A DNA stretch of 56,267 nt, filler included, from Sphacelaria rigidula (Eukaryota): the NCBI GenBank assembly GCA_964200075.2. It is 6 parts of 6 records of this genome, joined end to end, with 100 filler letters (N's around TTAATTAATTAA, not from the genome) between each part and the next. Parts side by side here need not be neighbours in the genome. Positions count along the whole stretch, not along the records: positions 9,396 to 18,690 come from CAXNAA020008820.1; positions 18,791 to 28,085 come from CAXNAA020008821.1; 4 more parts are not named here. The stretch is one strand, 5' to 3'. Under the pieces are notes generated by a model that did no database searches, had not been told where the DNA came from, and saw only the letters and a list, made by a program, of their open reading frames with translations. Positions 12,051 to 25,240 of this stretch are shown here, in pieces. Made by a program: the position numbers and the translations under genes. Numbering within the stretch: position 1 is the stretch's first letter; each line of letters starts with the position of its first letter.

Positions 12051-13559
12051 CCAACGGAATATTTTGTTGAAACATGTAAAGCGGACTTGGACGATTTGGG
12101 GGGGGCACAATTTTGTACATGTTCAAATATGCCGATTTCGGCCCGTCTGTGGGCGATTTTCTCCCGTGGATTGAGTTTTCAGCCCCCAGTCCGTTGGGCA
12201 ACGTTTCTCGACCAGCTGTGAGAAAACCAGATCGATTCTACGATTCTCTGCGCGTTGACTTTTGGTATGACACCTTTCTTTTCAACTCGAGAGAGACACT
12301 CGCGAATGTGTGTGCGAGAGGGACAAATTTGCGCAGATCTGTATTTCGTACACGCATATTCGAGAGTGTCTCGATCTGAGCAGCAAGGTGACATACGAAA
12401 AGCCAACGTCCAGAGGGCCGGAATAATGATCTGGCTTCTCACAGCTAGCCGAGCAGCATCGCCCAACAGACCGGGGTCAGCAAAATCAATCGACGATAGA
12501 ATGGGTACAAATCCCGAATCTGCAGAGACCCCCATCTGTGCAAACTCGGGGTTATTCATTTTCGAAAGTGGGATTTGCATGAGGCCGAATAATATGCTTT
12601 CACGGATTTGTTGAAAATGGTTCTGTACACGGAGGAACATTCTCTGCAGGGGCATGGTATCGTTTTCTGGTGAAGCCTGAGAACAGGCAAGCGGCGTTAC
12701 ATCCTTCAAGTACAGTATCGCACCGTGGTATCCTACGGTATATTACAGGGCACCACACTCCATTATCACAGCTAGGGGTGCGAATCGGGGGGGGGTGTTA
12801 GCCTCCGAGTTTTGCATGCCGCTCGACGCAATTTTTGTCGACCATAGACAACTCATCCTCGTCTCCTTTCTTCCATGTGGATACACTTGATTAAACACAA
12901 CATCATTAGAACGAGCAAATCGTGCGTTGAAGCGACGTCCTCCCTGTTCAGGCGCCACATACACGTCCACACCCCTGACACGCATTGCAAGATGAGCTCC
13001 TTTTTTCTCAACTCTTGTAGCGTTCGTTCAAACTCTGCAAAGAAAGTACTTCTTGCCGCCTGATGTGCCGAGCGTGGGACGTTCCCGGAAAGCGAAGTCA
13101 TCAAAACATGTATTGTGATTTCAAGCTCACAACGCAAAAAACAGCGCCCAAATCGCACTCGTGATCGACGAGATCGTCTCTGATTTAGCCGGCCTATCGA
13201 GGGACTCTCCCCAACAAACCACGGTCCCCGATAAGAGCAGATGTCAAAAAATACACGCAGACGGGACGGTGGAGGCGAGAAGGTGGGAGAGGTCTGAGCC
13301 AGAGTAATCTTTTTCGGTTCCGCAAAAGTATGTCCGTGTGTGATGCACTCCGACAAGTTAGTAGCAGAGAACCGTTGCTGCTTGTATACCCAGCCGCTCT
13401 GGCGACCCATGTAAGAGAGCGTGGTGTGTACTTGAACAGACAACACCGTGGTGATTGTCGTGTGCTCTTCTCTTTCTTGGTTACGCAGAGTCCACCTTCA
13501 CCGCCATATGTGGCCTGCCGGCTGTACATCATATCTGCGCTGCTACACTTGTATGAGGC

Positions 13560-14490
13560 TTCAGTGTTGTGTTCACATGTACTGAGTTGGCGTGATTTGA
13601 CTCGAAATGTGAAAGGGACCCAGATTGCCGACCATGGACGCCCAAGGGTTCACGTACATAGCTGGGGGCAGGACGAGTTCACACTCTCCAAAGGTTTCTT
13701 GCAATCTGGTCCATGATGATACCCATAGATGATGGGAGTAGTGGGAAGGAACGCACGGAAAGAGAGAGAGAAGACAACACTCTGTTGAACTGGACTGGAC
13801 TGCATTATACTGCATTGCCCTGTATTGCCCTGCATTGTACTGTTGTGCCTTGTTCGGCTTCGCCCATCTATATATAGCCACCTTCATGGCGAGTCATCTG
13901 TTGTGCGTTGGCATGATTTTGACTCGAAAGATGAGTGCAAGACCCAGATTGTGGAGGTCCAAGGGTTCAATTCCAGAGCTGAAGGTAGGACAAGTTTCCG
14001 CTGTCAACAGGTTTTTTGTAATCTGGTCCACATGGTAATGACCATAAATAATGGGAGCAATAGGGAGGAACGCAAGGGGGGGGGCGGAGAGAAGGCGGCA
14101 CTCTCCTGAACTGTACTGTTCTACAGTGTGCTGAATTGCCCTGTGCCGTAGTGAGCCTTGTTCGGCTTTGCCCATCTATATACACCCACCTTCGGGGAGA
14201 GTAATCTGTTGTGCATTGGCATACTTTTGACTTGAAACATGAATGCAAGACCCAGGTGACCCGCCGTAGAGGCGCATGGGTCCAACGCTTTTTGAAGATT
14301 TCGTGTAATCTGATCACTTATGGTGCCATCGAAGAAGGGAAGGAAGGCAGCAGAGGGAGAGATGAGACAATATTGCACTGTACTGTCTGTACCACACAGC
14401 TTTTGTACTGCACCGTACAGCTGTTGTACTCTCTGTTCTAATTTGGCCTTGTCTATAGTCACCCCTAGGGTCGGCCTTTGCATCGGAATA
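13560..14490. repeat. About three tandem ~310-bp units; related fragments at ~21430-21490 and ~22300-22380
   Basis: TTGGC.T..TTTGACT.GAAA..TGA...AGACCCAG at ~13587, ~13908 and ~14216; reverse complement matches CTGGGTCTTGCA...TCAAAAT.ATGCC at 21429. Confidence 0.8.
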
Positions 14491-17400
14491 ATCTTCACCT
14501 GAAAAATGAATCATCAGTACGCCCATGATAAATGCAGCTGCGGCAGAGTGTGTGATCTGCGCAGAAGGCCTTCCGGGTTTTCTTGGAACCGACCGGACGG
14601 ATCCTTTGTTTCTGACTGGCTAGCCTGATTTGTCCATCATGAAGAGCCAGGACACTTTGGGGGGAAGATTTCCTATATGTTTTGTGAGCGATTTGCATCT
14701 CTAACAGTACACGACAATGCCGTGCTGTAATACACGATGGTACAGTGAGTACTGTAGAACAGTGTGCTAGAAGAGTACAGTACGAATGCAGTTCCGTGTA
14801 TCACCCTGCAACTTCGTCGGCAACAAACAGTGAGCTAATACAGCAGCGTTCGCTGTGGTGATACGCACGCCGTGCAGTGCGGCATATTACCATCGCCGCA
14901 GGGCACGGCATAACACTTCTCACCCGCTTGTCGAACCCCGTATGCACCACCGTTGCTACGACGCGGCCCCAGCAGCCGGCGCAGGTAGGCACGGTCTGTG
15001 CTGTCACGAGACTGTCTGCTGCTGCGCTTCCAAAACGTTTGAACGCCTCTTGTCCTACTATCGTGCGTCACTGTACATGCGTCACCTTCCTGCAGCTTTG
15101 GAGAACCTCAACTTCCCCCCAATCTGTTGCGCATTTTCGGACAATCCCGATCTCCGCTCCCCCGATCCTCGTACAGATTGAGATTTGTGTCGCCCATCAA
15201 AGCTAGATTTATCCCCGCCCGGGTAAATCCAGTTTCTCTCCAGCCGGGGACCAAATGACTCTATCCCTTCTCTAGACACGATGGGGGTTGTGATCTACCG
15301 TATTTGCCAGTTACACGGGCATTCAAACACGAATGGCGATGCCCCCGAACACGCAGGGGGCATCTTGAGGACTTGTCTAGCACATTCTATTCTCATGTGA
15401 CCCCATCCTCCTCCCATCTCCTTTCCCGGAGATGAACTCAACACATCCCCTCCCAGAACAATCTCAGCGAAAAATTCAGCGAAAAAGGGGGTGTTATCAG
15501 ACTTTGAGGCATATGCTGTTGGAATACAGTAAATCTGAACACGTGACCGTTACCAATAGGAAGCGAGAAATTACCCCATCAAGTGATGGGATCATGATCT
15601 ACCCTAGGGACTTGTCGAATGGCGATGCCCGTGAACACGCGAATGGTCACTGAAATGTATGCATCTTACTAGCTGATTCGGGACAATCCTCTTCCCCCTC
15701 ACCGACGATGAGATGAGCATACAAGCTGGCCAATGGTCATCCCCCAATATTGTATCATCTGCAAAAACGCGGGGTTTTAGAAGTTGAGCATGTGTTTTTT
15801 TTCTCTTGAGAATGAACCTTGACAACCTTCACAAGCATCAAACTACGTTCGAAGTAGAGATGCGAATGCACCCTGCAGCCGTGATTTGTGACCTAGCTTA
15901 TCTTCGAGAGAATCTATCCGCAAGTCGTGAAATATCGTGTTGATACCCAACAATCTCGACTTCGGTTTATCCCCCTACAAACGTGTTTTATTTGTCAGTA
16001 CCCCCTCTTAACACGGGATTTTACACACAGCGAATGACTTTGTTTTTGGAGATGAGAAAGACCACACATCACGGTGGGATAGTGTATTTGCATTTTGTTT
16101 TCGAGGATATTTAAATGCTTGCTAAGGTTCCCAAGTTTCATCCTTGATGAAGAATTCATCTTTGACTGGCGAAATCCAAAATCAAATTCCTTCCGCATTA
16201 CGTATTCAATAGTCGCATACACGGTATCATATCGGCCGTAATGAACAGACGAAGAGGTTGATAGCCGGATTTGTGTTCAAGGCCATAGCAGTGGCGCTAA
16301 GGGCGAAAATGTACCTTGACCAATCAGCGCACCTCAATTTGTTCTGAAATCAAAAAAGTGTCCTCGTAGCCCAATTCGTACCCAATCTCCACGTGCTTCA
16401 AAGCGTATTAACCGCCATCAGCTCCGGAATCTAGCGGAGAAAAGAGATTTGGAAGCTGTTACTGTCATGATGGGATCAACCTATACCCCGAACCGTCATA
16501 TTTCGGGGATACGGGGTTTTAGCGTTGTCGGATTTCCACTGATAAAACACACGAAGGACCCAGGAAGCCTCTCGACTCGTTCCCTTATATACGTTGCTGA
16601 AGAGCTCAGATCGCCCTCAAACGTGGCAGTTCTGCAAGTATTGGTGCTCCAAATGAAGAAAAAGAAAAGGATAGTGATGAAAACATTTCAAGGACTCTCT
16701 GCTCTTCACGAGCTACCGGGGGTCCCAGCTTGAAGATCCCCGGAAGGCGGTACAAAACGCCCCAAAACAACATAACTGTGTTGCGCCCCGCGATAGTCCT
16801 AGGAATACATGTACAAAGTTTGGTCACAAAACTCGAAAACCTCATACTGTTTTTCTCGCATGAATTTGAACATACGCGGAAAAGACTCCTTCATATTAAG
16901 AAAAAGCAGGTGAGAGTTAGCACGTTTGAAGCTCACTTAATCACACAAAAGCGCAAAACTTTATGCCGCTCTTGGAGTCTCGGACACTTGCACACATGTG
17001 GTCTGCTTCATTACAAAAATTCGATGGACGACGGATTTGGACTTTTCAATTTTCACTGTTTTTCATGGGTCCTACGGGGTCCTTCCTGGGGCCCCCGGGA
17101 AACCGGCGGAAATAGTCGGAACGTGAAAACGATCTCCACCATCGAAAATTTCATAATGATACATACAGTGTAGTACATCCGTGAAACATTTCAGGGTCTA
17201 ACTCCTAGAAATGGCGTGAAGCTGTGCAGATGAAGTGTCTGTAGAGTGATGAACGTGAACCAGGCTCCAATCTCTCCTCACACTCTCACTCGGGGGGTGT
17301 TACTTCAACGTGGGGGCCGTTTGCGGGCGGGGTGCAATATCCTTCTGAACGCATGACAGGTACCGTAAAAAAATCGACACCCTTACTACGTATTCCTAGG

Positions 17401-17924
17401 ATGGGCAGGAGCACCACCCTTCGTTTGAGACGAGGCAAAACGGTGAACACTACCCTCGTGGACGGCTACTTGCCTATCCGTTGTGAAGTTGTGGGCCTCA
17501 CCTCCACATGAGACACCATCAGTGCATGGAAGATGTTATCTATATAGCCGGACATGGCATGCAGTAGTCTTTCGACGCTTGATGGGGCCTTGACTGTACT
17601 GAAATCGCCGAAAACAGAGCGGGGCAACGCCAACCTACAATTTCGTACAAATGCAAATGAATTGGCCAAGATCGGTCGGCCCAAGTGCTGATACTTCACT
17701 TGGTGTTTGCTAAGCCTGACATGACCCAAGTCTGACAAACGATATGTCATCCCCCAATAAGTACATAGCGTAGTTCCGTTATCCGCGTTGCCTCTCTCGA
17801 TAACTCGCCTTGAATACCCCGAGCTGGCAACGTGAAATTTCCAACGATGTTTGAAATATGTGTTGATGTCGCAAAGGGCATCTCGGATTCGGGTGTCTAA
17901 GCCTCATTTCCAGACAGGACATGT

Positions 17925-18159
17925 TTATATGTCCAACTGAGATTACGCGTGAACGCTCCCGTGCAAGCGGGTCAATTAGACCTACTCTTAAAACGGTACA
18001 CTCCACAAAACCCTTCAGCTCTACTTCACCCTGCGACATTTTTAATTTTCGAAAGCTTGATGAGACAGTGCAATGTTTTTCCATCACCGGTCACCATCGA
18101 CGAGGGCGAGATTCGACCTTCGACCCAACCTCTGAGTGCCTGAAAGTTTGCGCGTGATA
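17925..18159 (-). repeat. Copy of the repeat at 3296-3530, interrupted by a MITE
   Basis: Reverse-complement alignment to contig 1. Confidence 0.8.
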
Positions 18160-18460
18160 GGAGCCGGGCCAGCCGAGAAGCGATTCTACAGTTTGCAGGC
18201 CCATTATACGGCCAATACTTGGAGCTGGACCCTGAAATTTGGTATGGACAATGAGTAGGGCATAAAAATATTACTGGCGTACACGATTTTTTTTTTTCAC
18301 GAGTTCGGGGCATTTTACCGATATCTGAAAACTGATTATTGCTCTTAACTCATGAAGAAAAAAAAACTTGTGTACGCCAGTAATGTTCTTATTATGCCCT
18401 ACTCATTGTCCATACCAAATTTCAGGGTCCAACTCCAAGTATTGGCCGTATAATGGGCTG
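18160..18460. mobile_element. Mariner-like palindromic MITE, right end truncated
   Basis: Same sequence family as 33494-33851; starts right after TA. Confidence 0.8.
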
Positions 18461-18690
18461 TTTAGTGACAGGGTCAGAAGAAATTCGGAACAATAGTTTG
18501 CAGGCCATTTCCCGGCCCACGTTTGGTGTTTGTTGAAATTTCGTGTGGGCGCTCTCTAAGGAATAATTATCAAAAGAAAGTGGGTCAGATTTTTTTTAAT
18601 TTTTCCCAGTGGTTTAGAGCGTTCTACTATGGTACAGACCATATTTCACGAGAACGCCCTAACCTCCATGAAAAAAAAATGGAGGGCCCA

Positions 18691-18790
18691 NNNNNNNNNN
18701 NNNNNNNNNNNNNNNNNNNNNNNNNNNNNNNNNNTTAATTAATTAANNNNNNNNNNNNNNNNNNNNNNNNNNNNNNNNNNNNNNNNNNNN
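18691..18790. other. Artificial contig linker
   Basis: Same N44-TTAATTAATTAA-N44 cassette. Confidence 0.97.
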
Positions 18791-18885
18791 GGGGGAGGAG
18801 CGGGGGCCCGCCCCGAAAGGGGGGGGGGGTCATGGGGCAAAAAGCAAAGGAAGGAAAAAAAGGAGTAGGCCCCCCCCCCCCCCCC

Positions 18886-18946
18886 CGTCTCGAAAGGGAT
18901 GCCTGGTCAATGGTCAAACGACTAAGGCAAGCAACAAATGAGTACG
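18886..18946 (-). repeat. 61-bp repeat (CGTACTCATTTGTTGCTTGCCTT...TTTCGAGACG) flanked by G-runs
   Basis: Matches 56203-56263 and 37808-37849. Confidence 0.8.
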
Positions 18947-19074
18947 CCCCCCCTCCCCCTCTTTAATTCCGTTGAGGGTTGACGTCGGTTGGCATCGACG
19001 CTATAAAACACGCCACGCATGCGTATGCTACGTAACCTGGTGTTACCGCTACTTTTTTCTCGTGCGGTGTTTCC

Positions 19075-19556
19075 CGGTAACCATGATGGTGGTTGAGTTG
19101 ATCATATATTGTTTGTCTTCCCCTTGTCCCGACCAAAAATAACCAAAAATACCCTACTCACCCCCCCAAGCGTTGTGCGGGGTGGAGAATCTTAACTCCG
19201 CAAAAAGGCGATGATTGTACCATCGTACGTAGTGTTTGAATAGTAAGGCACCTCATGAGGCAGCTCATAACCTGTGAATGTCTCTGGAAGTGGTGATACC
19301 GCACAATGAAGCAATCAATTTGACATTGCCACCCATGATAGTCATTTAATACAAGATAATCAGTAGGCCTCGGACCGAACAATCTCAGCAAGATGCAGGT
19401 CACCCTTCATGCGAGTCGCCGAGCACGTCGCGGCGCTCCGCGCTTGGTGATTGATGCGAGCCTAGTTCGGAAGAAAACCCGGCGTGCTCCGTCCCGGCTT
19501 TGTATGAATGCGAGGTCAATGATCTTATGACTACGGCATGTGAGATCATGAGCACA
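19075..19556 (+). repeat. Copy of the interspersed repeat at 6148-6546
   Basis: Colinear alignment. Confidence 0.8.
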
Positions 19557-20469
19557 GCCCCCCGGTCGCTCTTTACCTTTTACGGTGCTCGGGGTTTTGT
19601 GAAATCGGGCCCTCTGAGGCACTTTATATGGACCGCCCGTTTCTGGGTTTCCGTGCCGTTTGCCTTCTGCCTTCGAAGGTACGTTCTAGTAGAGCGGAAA
19701 TGCTCCGAACGGTAGGTTTTAAGGCACCTTACACATTACTTTAATGCCCGCCATATAGGCTGGTTCAGTTTGAACAACCGGAATTTCCTCCCCGAAAATC
19801 CTTCTCGCCGTTTGTTCAAGTTAGACCCTGAATTTCGACGCACGGGTGTTTTCTGAGATTTTCAAAAGGGATGCACTCGTATGGATGGCGTCTTTCGATC
19901 TTGTTTCTTGCCAGATATCCGGAATTAGCGGTGCATGTCCGACTGAGGGCGTATCTTACAATTAGCAAGATCATGTTTTAATCGAAAAAGTGCGGTGAAG
20001 AATAATAGTTCGGATCTGGTGAGTTGTGATGTCAACTTCAATGACTACCGTTACAACCACAACTGATCAGATCAGAGTTTTCTTTCGACACCGCACATTT
20101 TCGATTCAAAAATAAAGTGCGAAGACGCGGGCTAAGATAAGCCCTCAGGCAGTGCCTGGGAAACCATTTCGCGATCGAAATAGTGTGGTGGGAAGTAAAA
20201 ATTCGGATCGGACAGGTCGTGAATTCAACTGTCGTCATTCGTGTTGAAATCACGACCTATCAGCTTGGAATTTTCCTTTCCCACCTCACATTTTGGATCG
20301 AATAGCAATGTGCTGATGGAGGTTTTTCAAACTCGAGATTTCCGGTACATTTTACACCAGTATGATCAACTTTCATGGGAGCCGTTCAAATTTTACTTTG
20401 GAAAATACTGAATATTGATGCCATTTCCTGCCTGCCGCGATTTTGAACGGAGACGAAAAAGACTGCTAA

Positions 20470-20969
20470 CAGTGGATTCTCGAAAATGGGGTTCACAAAC
20501 AACATGAGGTTCAACTCAAAAGCCGTGCTTTCCCTGGCCTAAATTCATGACAAATTACTTTCGTACGGACGACCTCATCCCTCCCGACCTCCCGGAAACT
20601 ATTTCGGGGGACTTCTAGCCTTCCGTTCCGCCAAAGGGTATGTGCGAAAGCGCACTTTTGCCTCGATTTCGGGGTGAAAAAAGGATGTCTTTTGGCCCAA
20701 AAATCGTGCTGTCGCACATACCCTTTGGGGGAACGAAAGGCTGGAAAGCCCCCGAAATAGTTTGATGGAGGTCGGGAGGGATGGGGTCGTCCATATGAAA
20801 GTCATTTGTCATTAATTTAGTTCAGGGAAAGCACCGCTTTTGAGTTGAACCTCGTTTTTTTTCAATCCCATTTTCAAGAATCCACTCTTTGCTCTTAGAC
20901 CGATCCTTACGGAAGCCGCTCAAGTTTTCTTTAAATAAATTTTCAACAGGCGTTAACGAAATCCACTGT
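20470..20969. mobile_element. Foldback MITE with ACAGTGGATT termini flanked by TA
   Basis: Long palindrome 20471-20887; outer ends TA|ACAGTGGATT ... AATCCACTGT|TA. Confidence 0.75.
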
Positions 20970-22043
20970 TATAGTGTCATGTCCTGGAGAGGCGTTCATA
21001 TAATCTCCCTCCCAGACCCGGAGATCATGATATAGATATGTATATTACAGTACGTCAGATTTGGACAGCAAAGGCTGCTCGCGAGTCCTCTTTTTTCCTA
21101 ATTTCAGGTAAAATTGGTGGGCAAAACGAGGACTTCCGAGAATCCTTTGCTGTACATCTCCCACATGCTAGTGTACGGGATTTTACAGCAGGGGCTGTCC
21201 GGGATTAATCCTCGTGTTTCCCTATTTGGAATTAAAAAAAAAACTAATTGGGCAAAGTGAGGATATATCAGATGAATGATTCAAATTCTCGTTTCTCCCA
21301 ATTTGGCTTTCGAAAAAAAGGGGGGGGGAGGGGAAACGAGGATTTACCACTTTTTTCTGGAGGGGTATATATAGATACACCACGTCTCGAAAAGTTTATA
21401 TGATACCAGGCCCTTAACCTCTGGGCGTCTGGGTCTTGCATCCAGTTTTCAACTCAAAATAATGCCAATGCTACAGATGACCCACGCTGGTATGGAGGAC
21501 GATGGTGGGTTAATATATGTTCATAATTTTGAATAACTCTAACCCCCACCGAAGGCATAACGAGAGCTCTCGGGCAAATGGGGTGTAGGAAAGATTCGAG
21601 ATTTGCGCCGTTAGCCTACTTCTCATGTACAAAAAAAGCTCTATAAAAAACGCGTTTTCTTATAAATGACCAAAAACTCACTTGTTATGTGATCGGAATC
21701 AGAAAACGCGTTTCTCGATATAATTTTTCCTGATAACATTTTCCGACAGCCCAAATTTATCAGAAAATCACGATTTTCTGATAACCTTGGGCTATCGAAA
21801 AATGTTATTGAAAAAGAGTTTGGACACATCTTACAGCCCCCGACAGCACCTGTGATGGCTTGGCTGCTATCACTACTGCTGTCGCTGGTGCTAGCAGGAT
21901 TATCGCGTGTTGCATCATTGTCCTTCGCTCGCCAGTAGCGTGATGGTCCTTTACCCCATGAGAGCAGCAGAGGCAGGGTCGATGACGAGTATTGTACAGA
22001 CAGGACAGTCTATATGTAGTCCGTACAATACTGTAGCTCAGGT

Positions 22044-22570
22044 CTGTGCACGCAGCGTGTTGCGAACAGCTGTCGAAATGCTTTACAGATTACCCACGCA
22101 CCCTAGCCTTGCAGAGACAGGACCGGACTGACAGTACACACAAGACTAGAAGATAGGTAGTGCTACTATTATACTGTAGTACATTCAATCTATACAAGAC
22201 AGCACTGTCTGTATCATTGTCCGTGCTGCCTGTACAACTGAGAACTACAACAGTCCAGCGAAATTGCAGTTCAGTTGACCCTTTTGAAACTTATTGACGA
22301 TTTTGGTTTCTGTGAATTGGCATCATTTCAAGTCATTTTCGAGTCAAAATGATGCCGATTCACAAAAACCAAAATCGTCGTTGGGTTAAAAAACCTGTGC
22401 ATGCAGCGTGTTGCAAACAGACGTCACTTTGCAGTATACAGGCTGTCTACGCACCCAAGCCCTGAAGATGCAGGACCGTACTGACAGTACACACAAGACT
22501 ATGAATAGGGCTACTGTTGTAGTGCTACAGCCAGTGCATATAATAAAGCACTGTTGTGTGTACTGTTGTC
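22044..22570. repeat. Two ~170-bp direct repeats enclosing a ~90-bp palindrome (22294-22380)
   Basis: GCAGCGTGTTGC.AACAG and ACTGACAGTACACACAAGACTA at ~22052 and ~22403; ACGATTTTGGTTT...AAACCAAAATCGT in between. Confidence 0.75.
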
Positions 22571-23122
22571 CGTGATGTCCTTCCAGTCAAGTACGTCGAG
22601 TACCATGCAGTGAAAAAGCACAACCGTCACTTGTACGGTAAGTTAGTACAGCAAGGGAGTGTTCGCATTGATCGCCTTGCGTCACGCAGCCGACCATAAT
22701 ATATTGCTCAGGCAGTGTGTGGTAGTAGTACAGTCAATACTGACCGTACACCACGACAGGATGGCAGAGTGCCGCGTCTCTTTCGCGCGCCCCAGAATTT
22801 GAAATTATGCCTGCACACTTCATAAAAAATGAACACTGCGTTTTCAATGTTGTTAATAGTGCGTCGATCACGTAAGAAGGACTACGTTGAAAAATTCTGT
22901 AAAAAATCGCTCTGTTGAAAAACGGCTTTTCTGATAACGTGTTTTTTTATTCAAGCGAGATTCAAGATTTGAAAAAAGTGTCTTTTGGTACTGCCTGCAC
23001 GTTTGTTCATGAGCTTATATGCGCGAGTCAGTCTACTAACCTACCACGCAACTCCGTCACCAAACACTTTAGCAGAAGAGAATATGGTACAGTTTTCGCC
23101 GACAAAAGATAAGCGCATTAAG

Positions 23123-23561
23123 CACGGGATCTTATAAATTGGGGATGGATCTTTTATTGGGGATGAGAAACCCGGAGAATCCAAATCTTCGTATCCCCAC
23201 CAAATCTTCGAAATATGGTTCCATTTCTTCACCTACTGAATGCTGTTGAAAACCGCTACACGCCATAGAAATTTGGATTTCGATCACCGAAATGTCGGAG
23301 TCCCAGGTGAAAAAACAATTTTGGGGAATTTCGGGTGTCCGAACGGACGCCAAAATGGTTCCGAAATTATTTTTCACCTGGGACCCCGACATTTCGGGGT
23401 TCGAAATCCAAATTTCTATGGCGTGTAGCGGTTTTCAATAGCTATCAGTAGGTGAAGAAATGGAACCATATTTCGAAGATTTGGTGGGGATACGAAGATT
23501 TTAATTCTCTGGGTTTCTCATCCACAATAAAAGATCCATCCCCAATTTGTAAGATTCTGTG
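23123..23561. mobile_element. Near-perfect ~440-bp foldback MITE
   Basis: Arms of ~200 bp are reverse complements (GGGGATGGATCTTTTATTG / CAATAAAAGATCCATCCCC etc.). Confidence 0.9.
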
Positions 23562-24511
23562 TCTAAGCACGAAATAGACTCACCGTAGCTGACGCATCTC
23601 TTATACAAACACCAAAAAACCTGTCGGCATCTGAAAACCGAAGCGCCCACATACTACGTACACTCCACGTACAATACTGCGAAGACGATTGGATCCCTGA
23701 GAAACAACGGCTACGAGTCCTCTACGCTTCATTACACGAACACCAGCTGAAGCCAACATTACTGGACAAAACGAGGATCACATTGTTCAATGGTCGCCCC
23801 CTCAAAACGGATTCAAGCGATGAACAACTGAAAAATACCATGGTTACAAGTACAAGATTACATGCCCGAGGGATTCGGATTCTACACAACGTATCCAAGC
23901 GGACAGCGTATCGATCGCCGAGAACAATTTAGTCCCGTACTTTGGTTTTCCACAAAATTCTTCTGAAGTTCGTTCGCTTTCGGGACATAGTCTACGCACG
24001 GGCGTCCAAAATTGACCAGCCTACCGAATAAGCCAGGGCGGGCGATGACTGAGTGATCATACAAAAGAGATGGATGGGCAAGGGGGTGGAGGGATAGCCA
24101 CGTTTTTACACAAAATAATAATTTGCTGTGTTCTCAATATCGACACATTGCACGTATGCGCCCCGCTCATCAAGAGTGTGCGGGGTCGTATATCGAAACC
24201 ATGAACCTCCTTAGATTGTGCAGCATTTCACCTCACCCCTACCATAGCCACATGATCACTCGACTCGGGGAAAAACGGAACTGGCTCGAAATACAGTAGA
24301 TTAACGAAGTGAAACGTCCTCGGATGGCGAGCCATTTGTTTTTCGAGTCGTTTGCAGGAAGCAAATAAGACCTCGTCAGAGACCTTTCCCAAAACGGACC
24401 CACGGGAGTACATGGATTTGCTCCTTGAGAAACCCGAGAACGGCAAAACGTCCCACTTGGGGGTGTCACACTCCATCACCTCCGGTAGCACGCACGCCTT
24501 TCGTCGGAAAA

Positions 24512-24736
24512 TCAAGGGGTCTTCCCGGACGGTTTCTCGAATTCTTCAAATCCATCTGAGAGTTTGTTCGACGTACTTTCGCCCGGAGTCCCACCACCGA
24601 CGTAGCGCTCCAAACCCTTAGTTATATCCACGCCAGTCAGAGCCTCAACCGTGACCGGAAGCTGAGAGAGTATTGCCCCGACGTCTTTGGTCAGCTGGCT
24701 GCCGGCGCCGCCACCCTCCCCCGAAATGAAGACCAT
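24512..24736 (-). CDS. Flotillin-like (SPFH/band 7) protein, terminal exon
   Basis: CAG acceptor; MVFISGEGGGAGSQLTKDVGAILSQLPVTVEALTGVDITK...* is the flotillin C-terminal LP.TVEALTGVD motif. Confidence 0.88.
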   Translation of the reverse strand: MVFISGEGGGAGSQLTKDVGAILSQLPVTVEALTGVDITKGLERYVGGGTPGESTSNKLSDGFEEFEKPSGKTP

Positions 24737-25117
24737 CTGCGTCGTGTATAGATTGTACAGGGTACAAGACAAATAGCATTCAAAACGTATGCGGGAAAAA
24801 AGCAGTGTTGCGACGTTATTTGAGACCATATCGGCGAATAACCGAATGCTATATTTCCATCTAAAAAATATTACGCGGCCAATCCTTCCTGTGAGACGCG
24901 TTGAACCCTTCGATGGAGAACGAATCCAAGGCACTGACCCGATACGAAAACAGCTAACCGCGGATGTACCACCACTCGAAATTACGCGATTCGCCACGTA
25001 CATAACGGCCCAGGCCGTTGAAGAGAGCATACGCACGCAAGCACGAACAGGAACACACAAACACATGCACATGCACACACATGCACATGCACACATACAT
25101 GCACACATACAACACAC

Positions 25118-25240
25118 CTTCTCCGTCTTGGCTAATGGAGCCGCAATCTCTCTCGCGATATCGGGCAGACGATCAACGATGCTCTGCACCACCGCCGCGT
25201 TGCCGAAGTGCTGGAAAGCGTCACCCTTTAGAGCGAGTGT
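25118..25240 (-). CDS. Flotillin-like protein, internal exon
   Basis: CAG/GT boundaries, 123 nt, phase 0; TLALKGDAFQHFGNAAVVQSIVDRLPDIAREIAAPLAKTEK matches the flotillin LP.IA..IAAPL motif. Confidence 0.88.

Noticed and set aside
12179-13446. Two minus-strand ORFs of 176 and 197 aa
   Set aside because: No recognisable domain or supportable exon boundaries.
17466-17750. Kinase-like RLSDLGHVR motif
   Set aside because: No other kinase motifs or convincing splice sites.
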